DNA of 64,000 nt from an uncultured Verrucomicrobiae bacterium (GTDB lineage: Bacteria; Verrucomicrobiota; Verrucomicrobiia; Chthoniobacterales; Chthoniobacteraceae): positions 32,001 to 96,000 of the forward strand of contig CAWHEP010000009.1 of assembly GCA_963828525.1 (NCBI GenBank). The letters are read 5' to 3'. The translations under genes and the position numbers were made by a program. This document shows positions 19,286-29,207 of this stretch, one piece after another; the first letter of the stretch is position 1; every line of letters begins with the position of its first letter. The notes beneath the pieces are model-generated. The model saw nothing but the letters and a program-made list of their open reading frames with translations. It searched no databases and had not been told where the DNA came from.

Positions 19286-20425
19286 CTACCGGGGAGAGCG
19301 CGTATCATCAATCATTTTGGCGAACTGCGAGAAGAAATACTCTGCATCCCTGGGACCGGGAGCCGCCTCTGGGTGATATTGCACGCTGAACACAGGATGC
19401 TCTCGATGCCGTATCCCCTCGACAGTCTGGTCGTTGAGATTGATATGCGTCACCTCGACGCTCGGGGGAAGCGAATCCGGATCCACCGCGAACCCATGAT
19501 TCTGCGCGGTGATGGCAACGCGTCCTGTTGCGATATCCTGGACAGGCTGATTGCCCCCGTGATGGCCGAACTTGAGCTTGAAAGTTTTTCCTCCGAACGC
19601 GTAGCCGAGCAGTTGATGTCCCAGACAGATGCCAAAGATGGGCTTCTTACCGATCAGTTTTCTCAGTTCAGAGTGAATATACCCCAAGGCCGCCGGGTCG
19701 CCCGGCCCGTTAGAAAGAAAAATGCCATCAGGGTTCAACGCGAGGACCTTCTCGGCAGGAGTGCCCGCAGGGACGACAGTGGTCTGAAAACCACGCTGCC
19801 GCAGGTTCCTGAGAATGTTCCGCTTTATTCCGAAATCATACGCAACGATGCCATATCGGATGTTTTCAGGTTTGCGTTCCTGTCCTTCTGGCGTCCATCT
19901 GCCACTCTCCAAGCCCTCGGTGTCCCATTCGTATTCCGACGCGGCCGTAACCTCCTTTACGTAATCCATCCCAACGACGCCCCTGGCGTCCGCAGCGAGA
20001 CTAACAGCGGCATCCACAGACATGGGTTCCGTTGTCAAAATACCTTTCATGGCTCCTTTTTCGCGGAGATGACGCGTGAGCGCCCGAGTGTCCACACCCT
20101 GAATTCCCGCGATGTTCCACTCTTTCAAATAGGCATCCAACGACATTTCAGAGCGCCAACTGCTCGGCGCGTCGCATAGCTCCTCGATGATGAAGCCCTG
20201 CGCATGGGGCCGCTCGCTCTCCTGATCAGCGGTGTTTACGCCGTAGTTGCCAATCAGCGGATAAGTCATGGCGACCATTTGCCCCTTGTAAGAAGGATCG
20301 GTGAGAACCTCCTGGTAACCCGTCATGGATGTGTTGAAACACACCTCGCCCACAGCGGATTCAGTCGAACCAAAAGACAGCCCCTCGAAATACCGTCCGT
20401 CTTCAAGTGCGAGGAGAGCGCGCAT
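19286..20425 (-). CDS. carA: carbamoyl-phosphate synthase small subunit
   Basis: [34 protein letters not shown]. Confidence 0.97.
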   Translation of the reverse strand: MRALLALEDGRYFEGLSFGSTESAVGEVCFNTSMTGYQEVLTDPSYKGQMVAMTYPLIGNYGVNTADQESERPHAQGFIIEELCDAPSSWRSEMSLDAYLKEWNIAGIQGVDTRALTRHLREKGAMKGILTTEPMSVDAAVSLAADARGVVGMDYVKEVTAASEYEWDTEGLESGRWTPEGQERKPENIRYGIVAYDFGIKRNILRNLRQRGFQTTVVPAGTPAEKVLALNPDGIFLSNGPGDPAALGYIHSELRKLIGKKPIFGICLGHQLLGYAFGGKTFKLKFGHHGGNQPVQDIATGRVAITAQNHGFAVDPDSLPPSVEVTHINLNDQTVEGIRHREHPVFSVQYHPEAAPGPRDAEYFFSQFAKMIDDTRSPR

Positions 20426-20550
20426 GGGTGGTAGCTGTAACGTCGCGATTCGTCGAATGCAAGCGCTTGGCGGAACTCAGAGTCTTGTGGCCGGAGCCAG
20501 CTTCCGTGACAGCAGCCGATCAGAACAACGCGAGCCGCGCGGCTGCTGCC

Positions 20551-20847
20551 TCAATACACCTCGGCGTCTTCCGAGAATCCTGAATCTTCACGGATGGAGG
20601 CAAGACGTTTACGGGCGCCACGATCCGACTCGGGGCGATTCCAGCGTTTGAAGCAAGCGTCGAACGCAAAAGGAATAGTCGAGGCAAGACCCACCGAAAG
20701 CATCGTGATGGCAGTCACTTTTTGAACCTTCCGGCGCATGCCTCCTGCAAGCAGCAATCCAATTCCGCAACCCACAACCGCCTGTGTCAGCGCGGTGATG
20801 CTGGGGATGGCCAGGTTTTCCGCAAACTTTGTGGAAGGGGTATCCAT
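20551..20847 (-). CDS. small hypothetical membrane protein (two hydrophobic helices)
   Basis: MDTPSTKF...ALTQAVVGCGIGLLLAG...ITMLSVGLASTIPF from ATG at 20847; fills the carA-manC gap. Confidence 0.55.
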   Translation of the reverse strand: MDTPSTKFAENLAIPSITALTQAVVGCGIGLLLAGGMRRKVQKVTAITMLSVGLASTIPFAFDACFKRWNRPESDRGARKRLASIREDSGFSEDAEVY

Positions 20848-20958
20848 AGATGAAACTAAGCAAAAAACCGGAAAAGCCAAAAAGAATCAAGGACGTCGTT
20901 CGTTCTTTTTCTGAACAAGCATCTTGCGCGCCCCTCAGCGATGCTTTTTCATCGAGGC

Positions 20959-22032
20959 ATGTCTTCATCGCTATACGTCTTGATTCTTGCTGGCGGCAGC
21001 GGTGAACGCTTCTGGCCTCTCAGCCGCAAGACGAAGCCGAAGCAGTTGCTCTCGCTGCTGGCCCGGGAGACGATGCTTGAACAGACGATTTCACGGCTGG
21101 ATGGACTGGTCCCCAGTGAGAATATCCTCATCCTCACGAACGCTGAGCAGGAAGCGGGCGTCAGGGCGCTCGCAACCATGTTACCCGCGGAGAACGTCGT
21201 CGCGGAGCCCGCCAAACGCGATACAGCGGCGGCGGTCGCGCTTGGCGCCGGGTGGATTGCCATGCGTGACCCGTTGGCGACGATGATCGTTTTGCCCGCT
21301 GATCATCTTATTCAGGATAGAGCGGGATTTCACCTCACGTTACGCGCGGCGGCTGCCGCGGCGGAACAGACCGGCAGCCTGGTCACCATAGGACTCAGGC
21401 CCACCTGGGCGTGTCCCGGCTTCGGCTATATTGAGCAGGGGGCCCCGGCAGTGGTTACTGGCATCGATGAAGCTCCTCCGGTTCACGAGGTGCTTCGGTT
21501 CAGAGAGAAGCCAACCGCCGACCTTGCTGAGACTTTCCTCCAGCAGGGCAATTTCCGATGGAACGCGGGAATGTTCATCTGGACCATCCCGGCCATCCTC
21601 CATGAGTTTGATCGCCATTCGCCTGACTTGGCGGAGTTCATCGGCCAGATTTCGCAGACTCGGGATCTCCACCGCATCATGGGTGAGCGCTTTGCCTTGC
21701 TGCCGAAAATCTCAGTCGATTACGCCATCATGGAGCGAGCCCGGCGCGTCCTCGTAGTGGAGGCGGCGTTCGACTGGGATGATCTCGGCAGCTGGATCGC
21801 GGTCGCCAAATACCTGGAGAAGGACAGCGCCGGCAACGCGCGTAATGGCGTGATCACGCAGATCGATTCGTCCAATAACATCGTGTACTCCAATCAGAAG
21901 GGTCACATCGCTCTCTTCGGCGCGCAAAATCTCATCGTCGTTCAAACGGAGGACGCGCTGTTGATCTGCGACCGCGCGCAGGCCGAGAGGATAAAGGAGA
22001 TTGTGGGGAAGGTGCCAGAAGGGTTGAGGTAA
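20959..22032 (+). CDS. manC: mannose-1-phosphate guanylyltransferase (no PMI cupin domain)
   Basis: ILAGGSGERFWPLSR..PKQ, EPAKRDTA, PADH, FREKP, WNAGMF, SVDYAIME, WDDLGSW. Confidence 0.93.
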   Translation: MSSSLYVLILAGGSGERFWPLSRKTKPKQLLSLLARETMLEQTISRLDGLVPSENILILTNAEQEAGVRALATMLPAENVVAEPAKRDTAAAVALGAGWIAMRDPLATMIVLPADHLIQDRAGFHLTLRAAAAAAEQTGSLVTIGLRPTWACPGFGYIEQGAPAVVTGIDEAPPVHEVLRFREKPTADLAETFLQQGNFRWNAGMFIWTIPAILHEFDRHSPDLAEFIGQISQTRDLHRIMGERFALLPKISVDYAIMERARRVLVVEAAFDWDDLGSWIAVAKYLEKDSAGNARNGVITQIDSSNNIVYSNQKGHIALFGAQNLIVVQTEDALLICDRAQAERIKEIVGKVPEGLR

Positions 22033-22108
22033 CGGCAGCAATCTCGCCTGAAAGGCAGCTTTACCCAGTTCAAGGCGGCGCGTATGGTGTGCGGGCTTTC
22101 ACACTCAC

Positions 22109-22759
22109 ATGCGCCTACAGACTCTCCGCGAAGCCATCTGGATTTTCCTCGTCCTGGCGGCCTTGCTCTCGCTCAGCTTTGCTTTTCTACCCTGGCTCGC
22201 TCCGGTGTGGGCGCTCTTGATCCTCTTCAGCGTTTACTTCTTCCGCGACCCAGACCGCGCCGTTCCGTCTGATCCCGCCGCGGTTGTAGCGGCAGCGGAT
22301 GGCGTGGTGGTGGACATCACCGAAGTGGTGGAACCCGAGGTTGTCAAAACAACAATGACGCGGATCTCGATCTTCCTGTCCGTGTTCGATGTGCATACAA
22401 ACCGCGCGCCCGTCTCTGGAAAAGTAATCTATTCGGAAAGACACGTCGGTAAATTTCTGGATGCCCGGCATCCGGACGCCACTCGCCTGAACGAATTCAG
22501 AACGTGGGGGTTTGAGAATCCCGGCTGCGTGGTCGTCGTGCGTCAGATCACTGGAGCCATCGCTCGGCGGATCGTTGCATGGTCCAAGGTTGGGGATGCG
22601 CTTGCGAAGGGGGATCGCTTTGGCATGATCCGTTTCGGATCACGCACGGAGATCTATCTGCCACCTGACGCGCTCGTGACGGCAAAGGTAGGCGATGTGG
22701 TCAAAGGGGGAGCTACCGTAATCGCCCGGCTTTCTCTCCCATCGGAACAGAAACCGTGA
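22109..22759 (+). CDS. psd: phosphatidylserine decarboxylase proenzyme
   Basis: FFRDPDR, IFLSVFDVHTNRAP, IRFGSRT self-cleavage motif. Confidence 0.93.
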   Translation: MRLQTLREAIWIFLVLAALLSLSFAFLPWLAPVWALLILFSVYFFRDPDRAVPSDPAAVVAAADGVVVDITEVVEPEVVKTTMTRISIFLSVFDVHTNRAPVSGKVIYSERHVGKFLDARHPDATRLNEFRTWGFENPGCVVVVRQITGAIARRIVAWSKVGDALAKGDRFGMIRFGSRTEIYLPPDALVTAKVGDVVKGGATVIARLSLPSEQKP

Positions 22760-23652
22760 GCCAGTCTACAGAGGGCGAAAATCCCAAAATATACCTCCTG
22801 CCGAACCTGATGACGGCGGGGAATCTCTTTTGCGGATTCGCCGCGACACTGCGCATCCTGCAAGGGTCGCTACTCCAGGCGGCGGGTCAATCCGCGATTG
22901 TCCTCTTCCACGATGCAATCTGGTTTATTCTGGGCGCGTGCATTTTCGATCTTCTCGATGGCCGGCTGGCGCGCCTCGGAGGCCATGAAAGCCCCTTTGG
23001 CCGGGAGTTCGATTCACTAGCCGATATCGTTTCCTTCGGTCTTGCCCCCGCCTTGCTCATCTTTCGCATTGTGTTGCGGGAGTCCCCTCACTTCGGCTGG
23101 CTGGTGGCATTCGTTTACCTGGTCTGCGGCGCGCTGCGGCTGGCGCGATTCAACTGCATCGCCGCTTCGGGCAAGCCTGGGGCGGATCGGGACTTTAAGG
23201 GGTTTCCGATTCCGGCCGCGGCGGGGGTCATCGCTTCACTCACTCTCTTTTTGCTATGGATGCGGCAGGGTGAACACGAGATCGGTCCGTGGCGTTATGC
23301 CTTGCCAGGCTTGATGCTTTTCCTTTCTTTCATGATGTTCAGCGGGTTCCGCTATCCGAGCTTTAAGGGAGTCAACTGGCGAACGCAGAGATCGATCCCG
23401 CGTTTCCTTGCCATCTGCATCATCCTCATTTTCACCGCGATGAATTACGAGTGGATGCCCGCGATCATCTTCATTGCCTATCTTCTCTACGGATTCTTGA
23501 GGCCCTCTCTTTCCTTGAAGTGGCGCCGGGAGATCGAAGAAGAACTCGGCGAAGAAGAAACGCCTGATGACGAACCCGCGAGCGATGAGTCTGCCCAGCA
23601 ACCGTCGGACATAGCATTTCCAAAGGAAATTCCGCCCGAGCCGCGCCCGTGA
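22756..23652 (+). CDS. pssA: CDP-diacylglycerol--serine O-phosphatidyltransferase
   Basis: LPNLMTAGN, DLLDGRLAR..FGREFDSLADIVSFG, LRLARFN. Confidence 0.93.
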   Translation: MSQSTEGENPKIYLLPNLMTAGNLFCGFAATLRILQGSLLQAAGQSAIVLFHDAIWFILGACIFDLLDGRLARLGGHESPFGREFDSLADIVSFGLAPALLIFRIVLRESPHFGWLVAFVYLVCGALRLARFNCIAASGKPGADRDFKGFPIPAAAGVIASLTLFLLWMRQGEHEIGPWRYALPGLMLFLSFMMFSGFRYPSFKGVNWRTQRSIPRFLAICIILIFTAMNYEWMPAIIFIAYLLYGFLRPSLSLKWRREIEEELGEEETPDDEPASDESAQQPSDIAFPKEIPPEPRP

Positions 23653-24845
23653 GCGATTTCTCGCAAGACGGTCTCATCTGCACCCTCCAGTATCTCAGCA
23701 ATACAAACCGCGCGGAGTTGGAAACGCGGCTGGACGCGCGCGCCAGACCGATAACCATCGTACTTCCATGCCACGCGCGCGATCTTGCCGGACCTGCGTT
23801 GGTAAATATCCTCGACGAGATCGGAAGAGCCCAATTTGTGAGCGAGGTAATTCTCACTATGAACGGCTTGGACAAAGCAGGCTTCTCCGAGGCGCTGCGC
23901 CTTGTCGCGGGATTGCCTCAGCCAAGCCGAGTGCTGTGGAATGACGGGCCTCGAATGCTGGGAATCTGGGCGGACGCAGCAACAGCCGGCCTGCGCCCGG
24001 TCAATCCGGGCAAAGGCTTCAATGTCTGGACTGCGGCTGGCCTGATCCAGGCAAGGGGACGGCCTGGCGTCGTAGTAACGCAGGACTGTGACGTGCTTTC
24101 ATACAGATCGGAGATGTCTCTCCGTCTCTGTTCGGCTGTTGCCGACACGGAACTGGATTACGATTGCGCCAAAGCCTGTTACAGCCGCGTGAAAGACCGC
24201 ATTTACGGGCGCGCCAGCCGTCTCTTCCTGGCTCCCCTTCTTCGCGCGTTGCTCAGGGTGGTGGGCCACCACCCGTTCCTCGATTTCCTGCTAAGTTTCC
24301 GTTATCCCCTTTCCGGAGAGTGGGCAGCGACCACGGAACTTCTCTCCGCGTTGCCGATGTATGGCGGCTGGGGTTTCGAGATCGGGATGCTGTACGAACT
24401 TTTTCACAACACCGACCCGCGGAAGATTTCGCAAGTCGATCCCGGCGGAGAGTATGACCACGCGCATCAGCCTATTCATGGAGAAGGGGGAAGGGGTCTC
24501 GCTCCCATGGCGAAAGACATTGCAACGACGCTGTTCTTCCACCTCTCCAGGGAAGGCGTCTTTATAGACGCGTCTTTCATACACGCCGTGCATCTCAGCT
24601 ACGAGGCGGAAGCTCGATGGGCGCTGAAACGTTACAAGGACCTTGCCCGCATCAACAGCCTGAGCTTCGACGATGCCAGTGAGCAGCAGGCTGTGGAAGC
24701 TTTCGCGAAATCGCTTCCGAACCCGGATGATCTATGCCTTTCCGAGAGCGCGCTTCCCTCCTGGAACTCCATCGCGATCTCCCATCCTTGCCTCGCGGAT
24801 GAACTCACGCGAGCGGTGGACGCCGATCAGTGTCTCGCGGCGTGA
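23649..24845 (+). CDS. glucosyl-3-phosphoglycerate synthase (GpgS)-like glycosyltransferase
   Basis: MSDFSQDGLICTL, VLWNDGPR, GKGFNVW, DCD, YGRASRLFLAPL, FRYPLSGE, WGFEIG, YDHAHQ. Confidence 0.75.
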   Translation: MSDFSQDGLICTLQYLSNTNRAELETRLDARARPITIVLPCHARDLAGPALVNILDEIGRAQFVSEVILTMNGLDKAGFSEALRLVAGLPQPSRVLWNDGPRMLGIWADAATAGLRPVNPGKGFNVWTAAGLIQARGRPGVVVTQDCDVLSYRSEMSLRLCSAVADTELDYDCAKACYSRVKDRIYGRASRLFLAPLLRALLRVVGHHPFLDFLLSFRYPLSGEWAATTELLSALPMYGGWGFEIGMLYELFHNTDPRKISQVDPGGEYDHAHQPIHGEGGRGLAPMAKDIATTLFFHLSREGVFIDASFIHAVHLSYEAEARWALKRYKDLARINSLSFDDASEQQAVEAFAKSLPNPDDLCLSESALPSWNSIAISHPCLADELTRAVDADQCLAA

Positions 24846-25011
24846 AGCGAGATCGGTTGCTGCATCTCATCCATCTCACCGGTCGCGTGATGCTTTGAAG
24901 CATACGGGTCGGGGCGCGCCACCGCAGATTAGCGTTGCGGTTATTTCCAGTCGCGACGCGCTTGATTAGCGCTCGCCATGCAAGCCATTCCGCGCTCTAA
25001 TGCGCCGTCAA

Positions 25012-26543
25012 ATGTCTGAACCAGTCATCCTCATTATTCGCGACGGGTGGGGTATAAACCCAAGCGGAGTCGCAGGCGCTGTCGCGGATGGTAACGCGAC
25101 ACTGCTAGCAAAGACGCCATTCCATGAGCATCTTTACGCCACCTACCCCGGAAGTGTTCTAAGCGCGAGCGGGCTGGATGTGGGTCTTCCCGCCGGACAG
25201 ATGGGAAACTCTGAGGTGGGCCACCTGAACCTCGGCGCTGGGCGCGTGGTTTACCAGGACCTGACTCGCATAAACAAGGCAATCGCCGACGGGGAATTGC
25301 AGACAAACGTGGTCCTGAAAAATGCCTTCTCCCGCGCCGTGGGACGGCGTTTACACTTGATCGGCCTCGTCTCGGATGGCGGGGTGCATAGTCACCAGGA
25401 ACATCTCATCGCTCTTGCGCGCGCGGCCAGCAGCGAAGGAGTCGCCGATATCCTCGTTCATGCGATTACGGACGGGCGTGATACGTCTCCCACAGGCGGC
25501 GCCGATTATCTCGCCTATGTGGAAGAGAACCTCCCCGCCGGGGCGCGCATCGCAACGCTCATCGGGCGCTACTATGCGATGGATCGGGATCGCAGATGGG
25601 AACGAACCAAGCTCTCATGGGACGCCATTGTGCTGGGAATGGGAGAGAGTTCGGAGTTGGCTCCCTCGGAGGCGCTCAGGTTAAAGTACGCCGACGGAAT
25701 AACCGATGAGTTCCTTCTTCCCCTCGTTTTCTCACGCGCTGGCGAACAACGCGTCCGCGATGGCGATGTCGTGCTTTTCTTCAATTTCCGCGCGGATCGC
25801 GGACGGCAGTTATCCCAGGGTTTTCTCTATCCGGATTTTGATGGATTCGACCGGACTGTCTTCCCGGACACTTTCTATGTCACTCTTACGCAATACGACG
25901 AAAAGTACGCTTGTCCCGTAGTCTTCGACCCGCAGTCATTAGACAACATTCTTGGTGAGGTCGTGGGACGTTCCGGAAAGAAGCAATTACGCATTGCGGA
26001 GACGGAGAAGTACCCACACGTCACTTATTTTTTTAATGGCGGTATCGAGCAGCCATTCCCAGGCGAAGACCGCAAGATCATTCCCTCCCCGAAGGTGACA
26101 ACATACGATCTTCTGCCTGAAATGAGCGCGGCGGCTGTTACCAATGTGGTGCTTGAGGCGCTTCCCGACTATGACCTCATCATCCTGAATTTCGCCAACC
26201 CCGATATGGTCGGCCATACAGGGGTAGTTGAGGCGGGAATACGGGCAGTCGAGACGATTGACGACCGGTCCGCCAAGTCATAACCAAGGTTCTCGCGTTA
26301 GGCGGGAAAGCGCTCGTCACAGCCGACCATGGAAACTGCGAATTTATGCGCAACCCCGATGGGTCACCAAACACGGCGCATACGACAAATCTCGTTCATT
26401 TCATCTATGTCGCGGCGGACGCTGGCGATTACGTTTGTCGCGACGGCATCCTGGCGGACGCGGCGCCCACCTTTCTCGCATTGCTCGGATTGGAGAAGCC
26501 GCAGAATATGACCGGGCGGAATCTTGTCGAACGGCGGGGGTAA
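25012..26543 (+). CDS. gpmI: 2,3-bisphosphoglycerate-independent phosphoglycerate mutase, one frameshift near 26270
   Basis: IIRDGWG, GQMGNSEVGH, AETEKYPHVT, NPDMVGHTG; after the shift TADHGNCE..TAHTTN..LADAAPT. Confidence 0.93.
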
Positions 26544-26796
26544 CAGGTCCGTAAGAGAATCGAAGCTTATTCGCGTTTTCAAACGTCTAGGGCCTTCAGT
26601 TGAAGTATGCAGGTAGCCATGCTGCTCGATTAGTCAGGAAGGCTGCTCGCGAACGGCATCGTTCCCTCCAATCAGGCGGGACTTTACCCGCTACCGGGCT
26701 CGGCATATTGCTTCTGCATCTTCCGGAAGAATCCCGAACCGCATGACAACGAACGTTATGCAAACCAGGACTTCGTGAAGTTGCTTGAGCTCAGAG

Positions 26797-26867
26797 AGCG
26801 GGCAGAGGGAATCGAACCCTCATGGCCAGCTTGGAAGGCTGGAACTTTACCATTAAGCTATGCCCGC
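26797..26867 (-). tRNA. tRNA-Gly (anticodon TCC), CCA not encoded
   Basis: GCGGGCATAGCTTAATGGTAAAGTTCCAGCCTTCCAAGCTGGCCATGAGGGTTCGATTCCCTCTGCCCGCT folds as a cloverleaf with TTCGA T-loop. Confidence 0.96.
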
Positions 26868-26882
26868 GCGAATGGAACGCTG

Positions 26883-26912
26883 ACTATCACACCGCAAGAG
26901 CACCCCTTGCAA
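26883..26912 (-). promoter_or_regulatory. candidate promoter of tRNA-Gly
   Basis: Minus strand TTGCAA-N18-GATAGT just upstream of the tRNA. Confidence 0.3.
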
Positions 26913-26973
26913 GGCGGAATTCAACGGTTCAAGCAACCAAGGAAACAGCAGACCTAATTCGGACGCGGCGGAA

Positions 26974-27420
26974 CTAGGACGCGACGAGACGCTTTCTCCG
27001 ATTCCGGAGGAAGCCGCCGAGAGCTAGCAAGCCAGCAAAGAGGGGCAAAGCGACAGCAGTCGGCTCCGGGACGGCGGCCGGCGGGCTTCCGCCAAGGAAG
27101 CAGGTGTGAACGTGAAATCAGCGCTCAACTGTGTATTAGTAGTTGCGGCTCCAGAAGAGAACAGACAAGCCGGAATCGGGTGTGACCAAAAACTTACCGA
27201 TCGCGGGTATCAAAAAGGAGACGGGGGTGCCTTGCAGGAAAAGTAGATTGGTGCGCAAAAATACCACCTCAAAAGGAGCTTCACTCATTGTAAGCGACTG
27301 GCTGATCGGCTGGGACACGCTAGACGGCTCCCACGCTAATTGTCAGCGTCCTAGTGACCGTGAAAGAAGTCTGTCCAGAAAAATCGGCGCTATCGCCTAC
27401 ACCCGAGTCAACGTCCCATT
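26974..27420 (-). pseudogene. 5'-truncated, frameshifted PEP-CTERM protein remnant
   Basis: Ends ...GGSPPAAVPEPTAVALPLFAGLLALGGFLRNRRKRLVAS* (TAG at 26974-26976); upstream Ser/Thr-rich beta-like pieces in other frames; no start or signal peptide found. Confidence 0.7.
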
Positions 27421-27422
27421 GA

Positions 27423-27817
27423 TCAGTCCCACCGCATCGGCTTCATGGGTTCCATTGGTTTCATGGGGCTCATCGGTCTCATGGGTTCCATGGGCTTCAT
27501 CTTGGGGAACCCTGCGCCTGAAGATTCTCCCACGTCGAGTTTCTCAGCATACGCCAAATCGGGCAATTCATCAAGAACCTCTATCTGGCTCCCTACGACA
27601 TGGATGCCTTTGTCTCCATCTTTCGTCTTTATAGAATGATCAAAGCCTCATTTAGCCGGAATACCTCGGGTGCCCCTGTCGCTTCTCCGGTGTGGCAGCC
27701 CCTCGCCTGGCTCTGACGCTGGCCTTCGTCACCGCTGGCGAGGCCAACAAGGGTCTGTTCTCCTTCATGTTCCAGCCAAAGAGTTCGTCCGTGGCCCAAT
27801 TCGCAGATGTAGTTCAT
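27423..27817 (-). CDS. hypothetical protein with C-terminal Met-x-Pro repeat, one frameshift near 27632
   Basis: MNYICELGHGRTLWLEHEGEQT...ALII then IKTKDGDKGIHVVGSQ...PKMKPMEPMRPMSPMKPMEPMKPMRWD*. Confidence 0.65.
27435..27500 (-). repeat. 9-nt period tandem repeat ATGnnnCCn encoding eight Met residues
   Basis: ATG AAG CCC ATG GAA CCC ATG AGA CCG ATG AGC CCC ATG AAA CCA ATG GAA CCC ATG AAG CCG ATG. Confidence 0.85.
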
Positions 27818-27871
27818 ACAGAGTTGAGTCGGAGCCGGGGCAACGAATGGATGTTGGCAGAACGACCGCGC

Positions 27872-28886
27872 CTAGAGTGAACGGCCCACTACCTCAGCAA
27901 CCGCCCGGACACGGGTCACGAGATCGGCAAACTCTGCTGGCAGCAGCGCCTGCTCTCCATCGCTTTTGGAAAATTCGGGAGAATTATGAACCTCGACCAT
28001 GAGGGCATCCGCGCCGGCGGCCACTGCCGCCAAAGTCATCGCGGGTATGTAGTCGTGGACACCCACCCCATGAGTAGGATCGACGACAACGGGCAGGTGC
28101 GTCTCAGCTTTAAGCACCGGGACTGCGTTTAGATCGAGTGTGTTGCGCGTGCTGGTTTCAAAAGTGCGTATGCCGCGCTCGCAGAGCAGCACGTTAAAGT
28201 TCCCCTCACTGAGGATGTACTCGGCGCTCATGAGAAGGTCTTTGACCGTAGCGCTCATGCCGCGCTTCAACATCACCGGAAGCTTGCTCCGGCCAACCTC
28301 TTTTAGCAGAGCGAAATTCTGCATATTGCGGGCGCCCACCTGAAGGCAGTCGGCATACTGCTCGATGACGTCGAGATCCTTTGTGTCCATGATCTCGGTA
28401 ATGATCGGCAGCCCGGTCTCAGCCCTCGCTTCGGCGAGCAGCTTCAGCCCATCGACCCCCAGCCCCTGGAAGGTGTAAGGAGAGGTGCGCGGCTTGAACG
28501 CGCCTCCACGCAGTATCCCTGGCGCCCGCGGATTTTACATCCCGCGCGATCGCGGTGATCTGCTCACGGGATTCGACAGAACAGGGGCCAGACATGACCA
28601 CGATCTGCTTTCCGCCGATCTCCACATCACCAATGCGCACCAACGAAGGGGTTCCCCGGAATTCATAGGAGACTAATTTGTAAGGCTTCAGCACGGGGGT
28701 CACCGAGTCAACACCGGGGATTGCGGCGAGCGGCTTCTCGCGGATGAGGTCTTCCGGCCCGATGACACCGATGACAACACGGAGAGCTCCGCGGCTGATC
28801 TCGGCCTTCAGACCCCACTCCTTTATGCGCTCCACGATGTGCTGGATCTGCTCCTCGGTAGCGTCTGTTTTAGTTATAATGATCAT
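27872..28886 (-). CDS. aroF: 3-deoxy-7-phosphoheptulonate (DAHP) synthase type I-beta with N-terminal regulatory domain, frameshift near 28520
   Basis: [21 protein letters not shown], then [36 protein letters not shown]. Confidence 0.92.
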
Positions 28887-29038
28887 GGCAAGGGCATTGA
28901 AGGTAGAGAGGCATGCACGATGGGCAACTGTTTTCTCCCCAGCCGCGATTGACGTCTTCGGGGGGATGAGACCAGCGCGTTCTTTGCGGGAACACTTCAC
29001 AAGTTGACTAATCTGCCGCCCTGTGATGCGATGGACCG

Positions 29039-29200
29039 GTGAAATCCGCCCTCCTGCTCGCAATGTTCGCCGTTCTCGCCTGTTCCTCCTGCACCACTCT
29101 CGCAAATCGGCGCGATCTATATTCTCCTCCGACGAAAAGCCTGCCGCCGAGGACCGAATCCGCGCCACAGCCGGGCGCGATCCTGCCGACTTCCTCGTAG
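29039..29200 (+). CDS. small putative lipoprotein (53 aa)
   Basis: Below the ORF cut-off. GTG start, MKSALLLAMFAVLACSSCTTLANRRDLYSPPTK...TSS*, with lipobox-like LAC/SSC; TTGACT-N17-TGCGAT upstream. Confidence 0.6.
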   Translation: MKSALLLAMFAVLACSSCTTLANRRDLYSPPTKSLPPRTESAPQPGAILPTSS

Positions 29201-29207
29201 CCGTATT

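Noticed and set aside
26544..26796. Integrative element at the 3' side of tRNA-Gly
   Set aside because: Only about 250 bp, with no integrase or duplicated tRNA end seen.
27435..27500. Repeat as a CRISPR array
   Set aside because: 9-nt coding period with no spacers and no cas genes.
27143..27634. 163-aa plus-strand ORF with SWV/SWG repeats
   Set aside because: It is the reverse complement of the Met-x-Pro repeat and the PEP-CTERM remnant.
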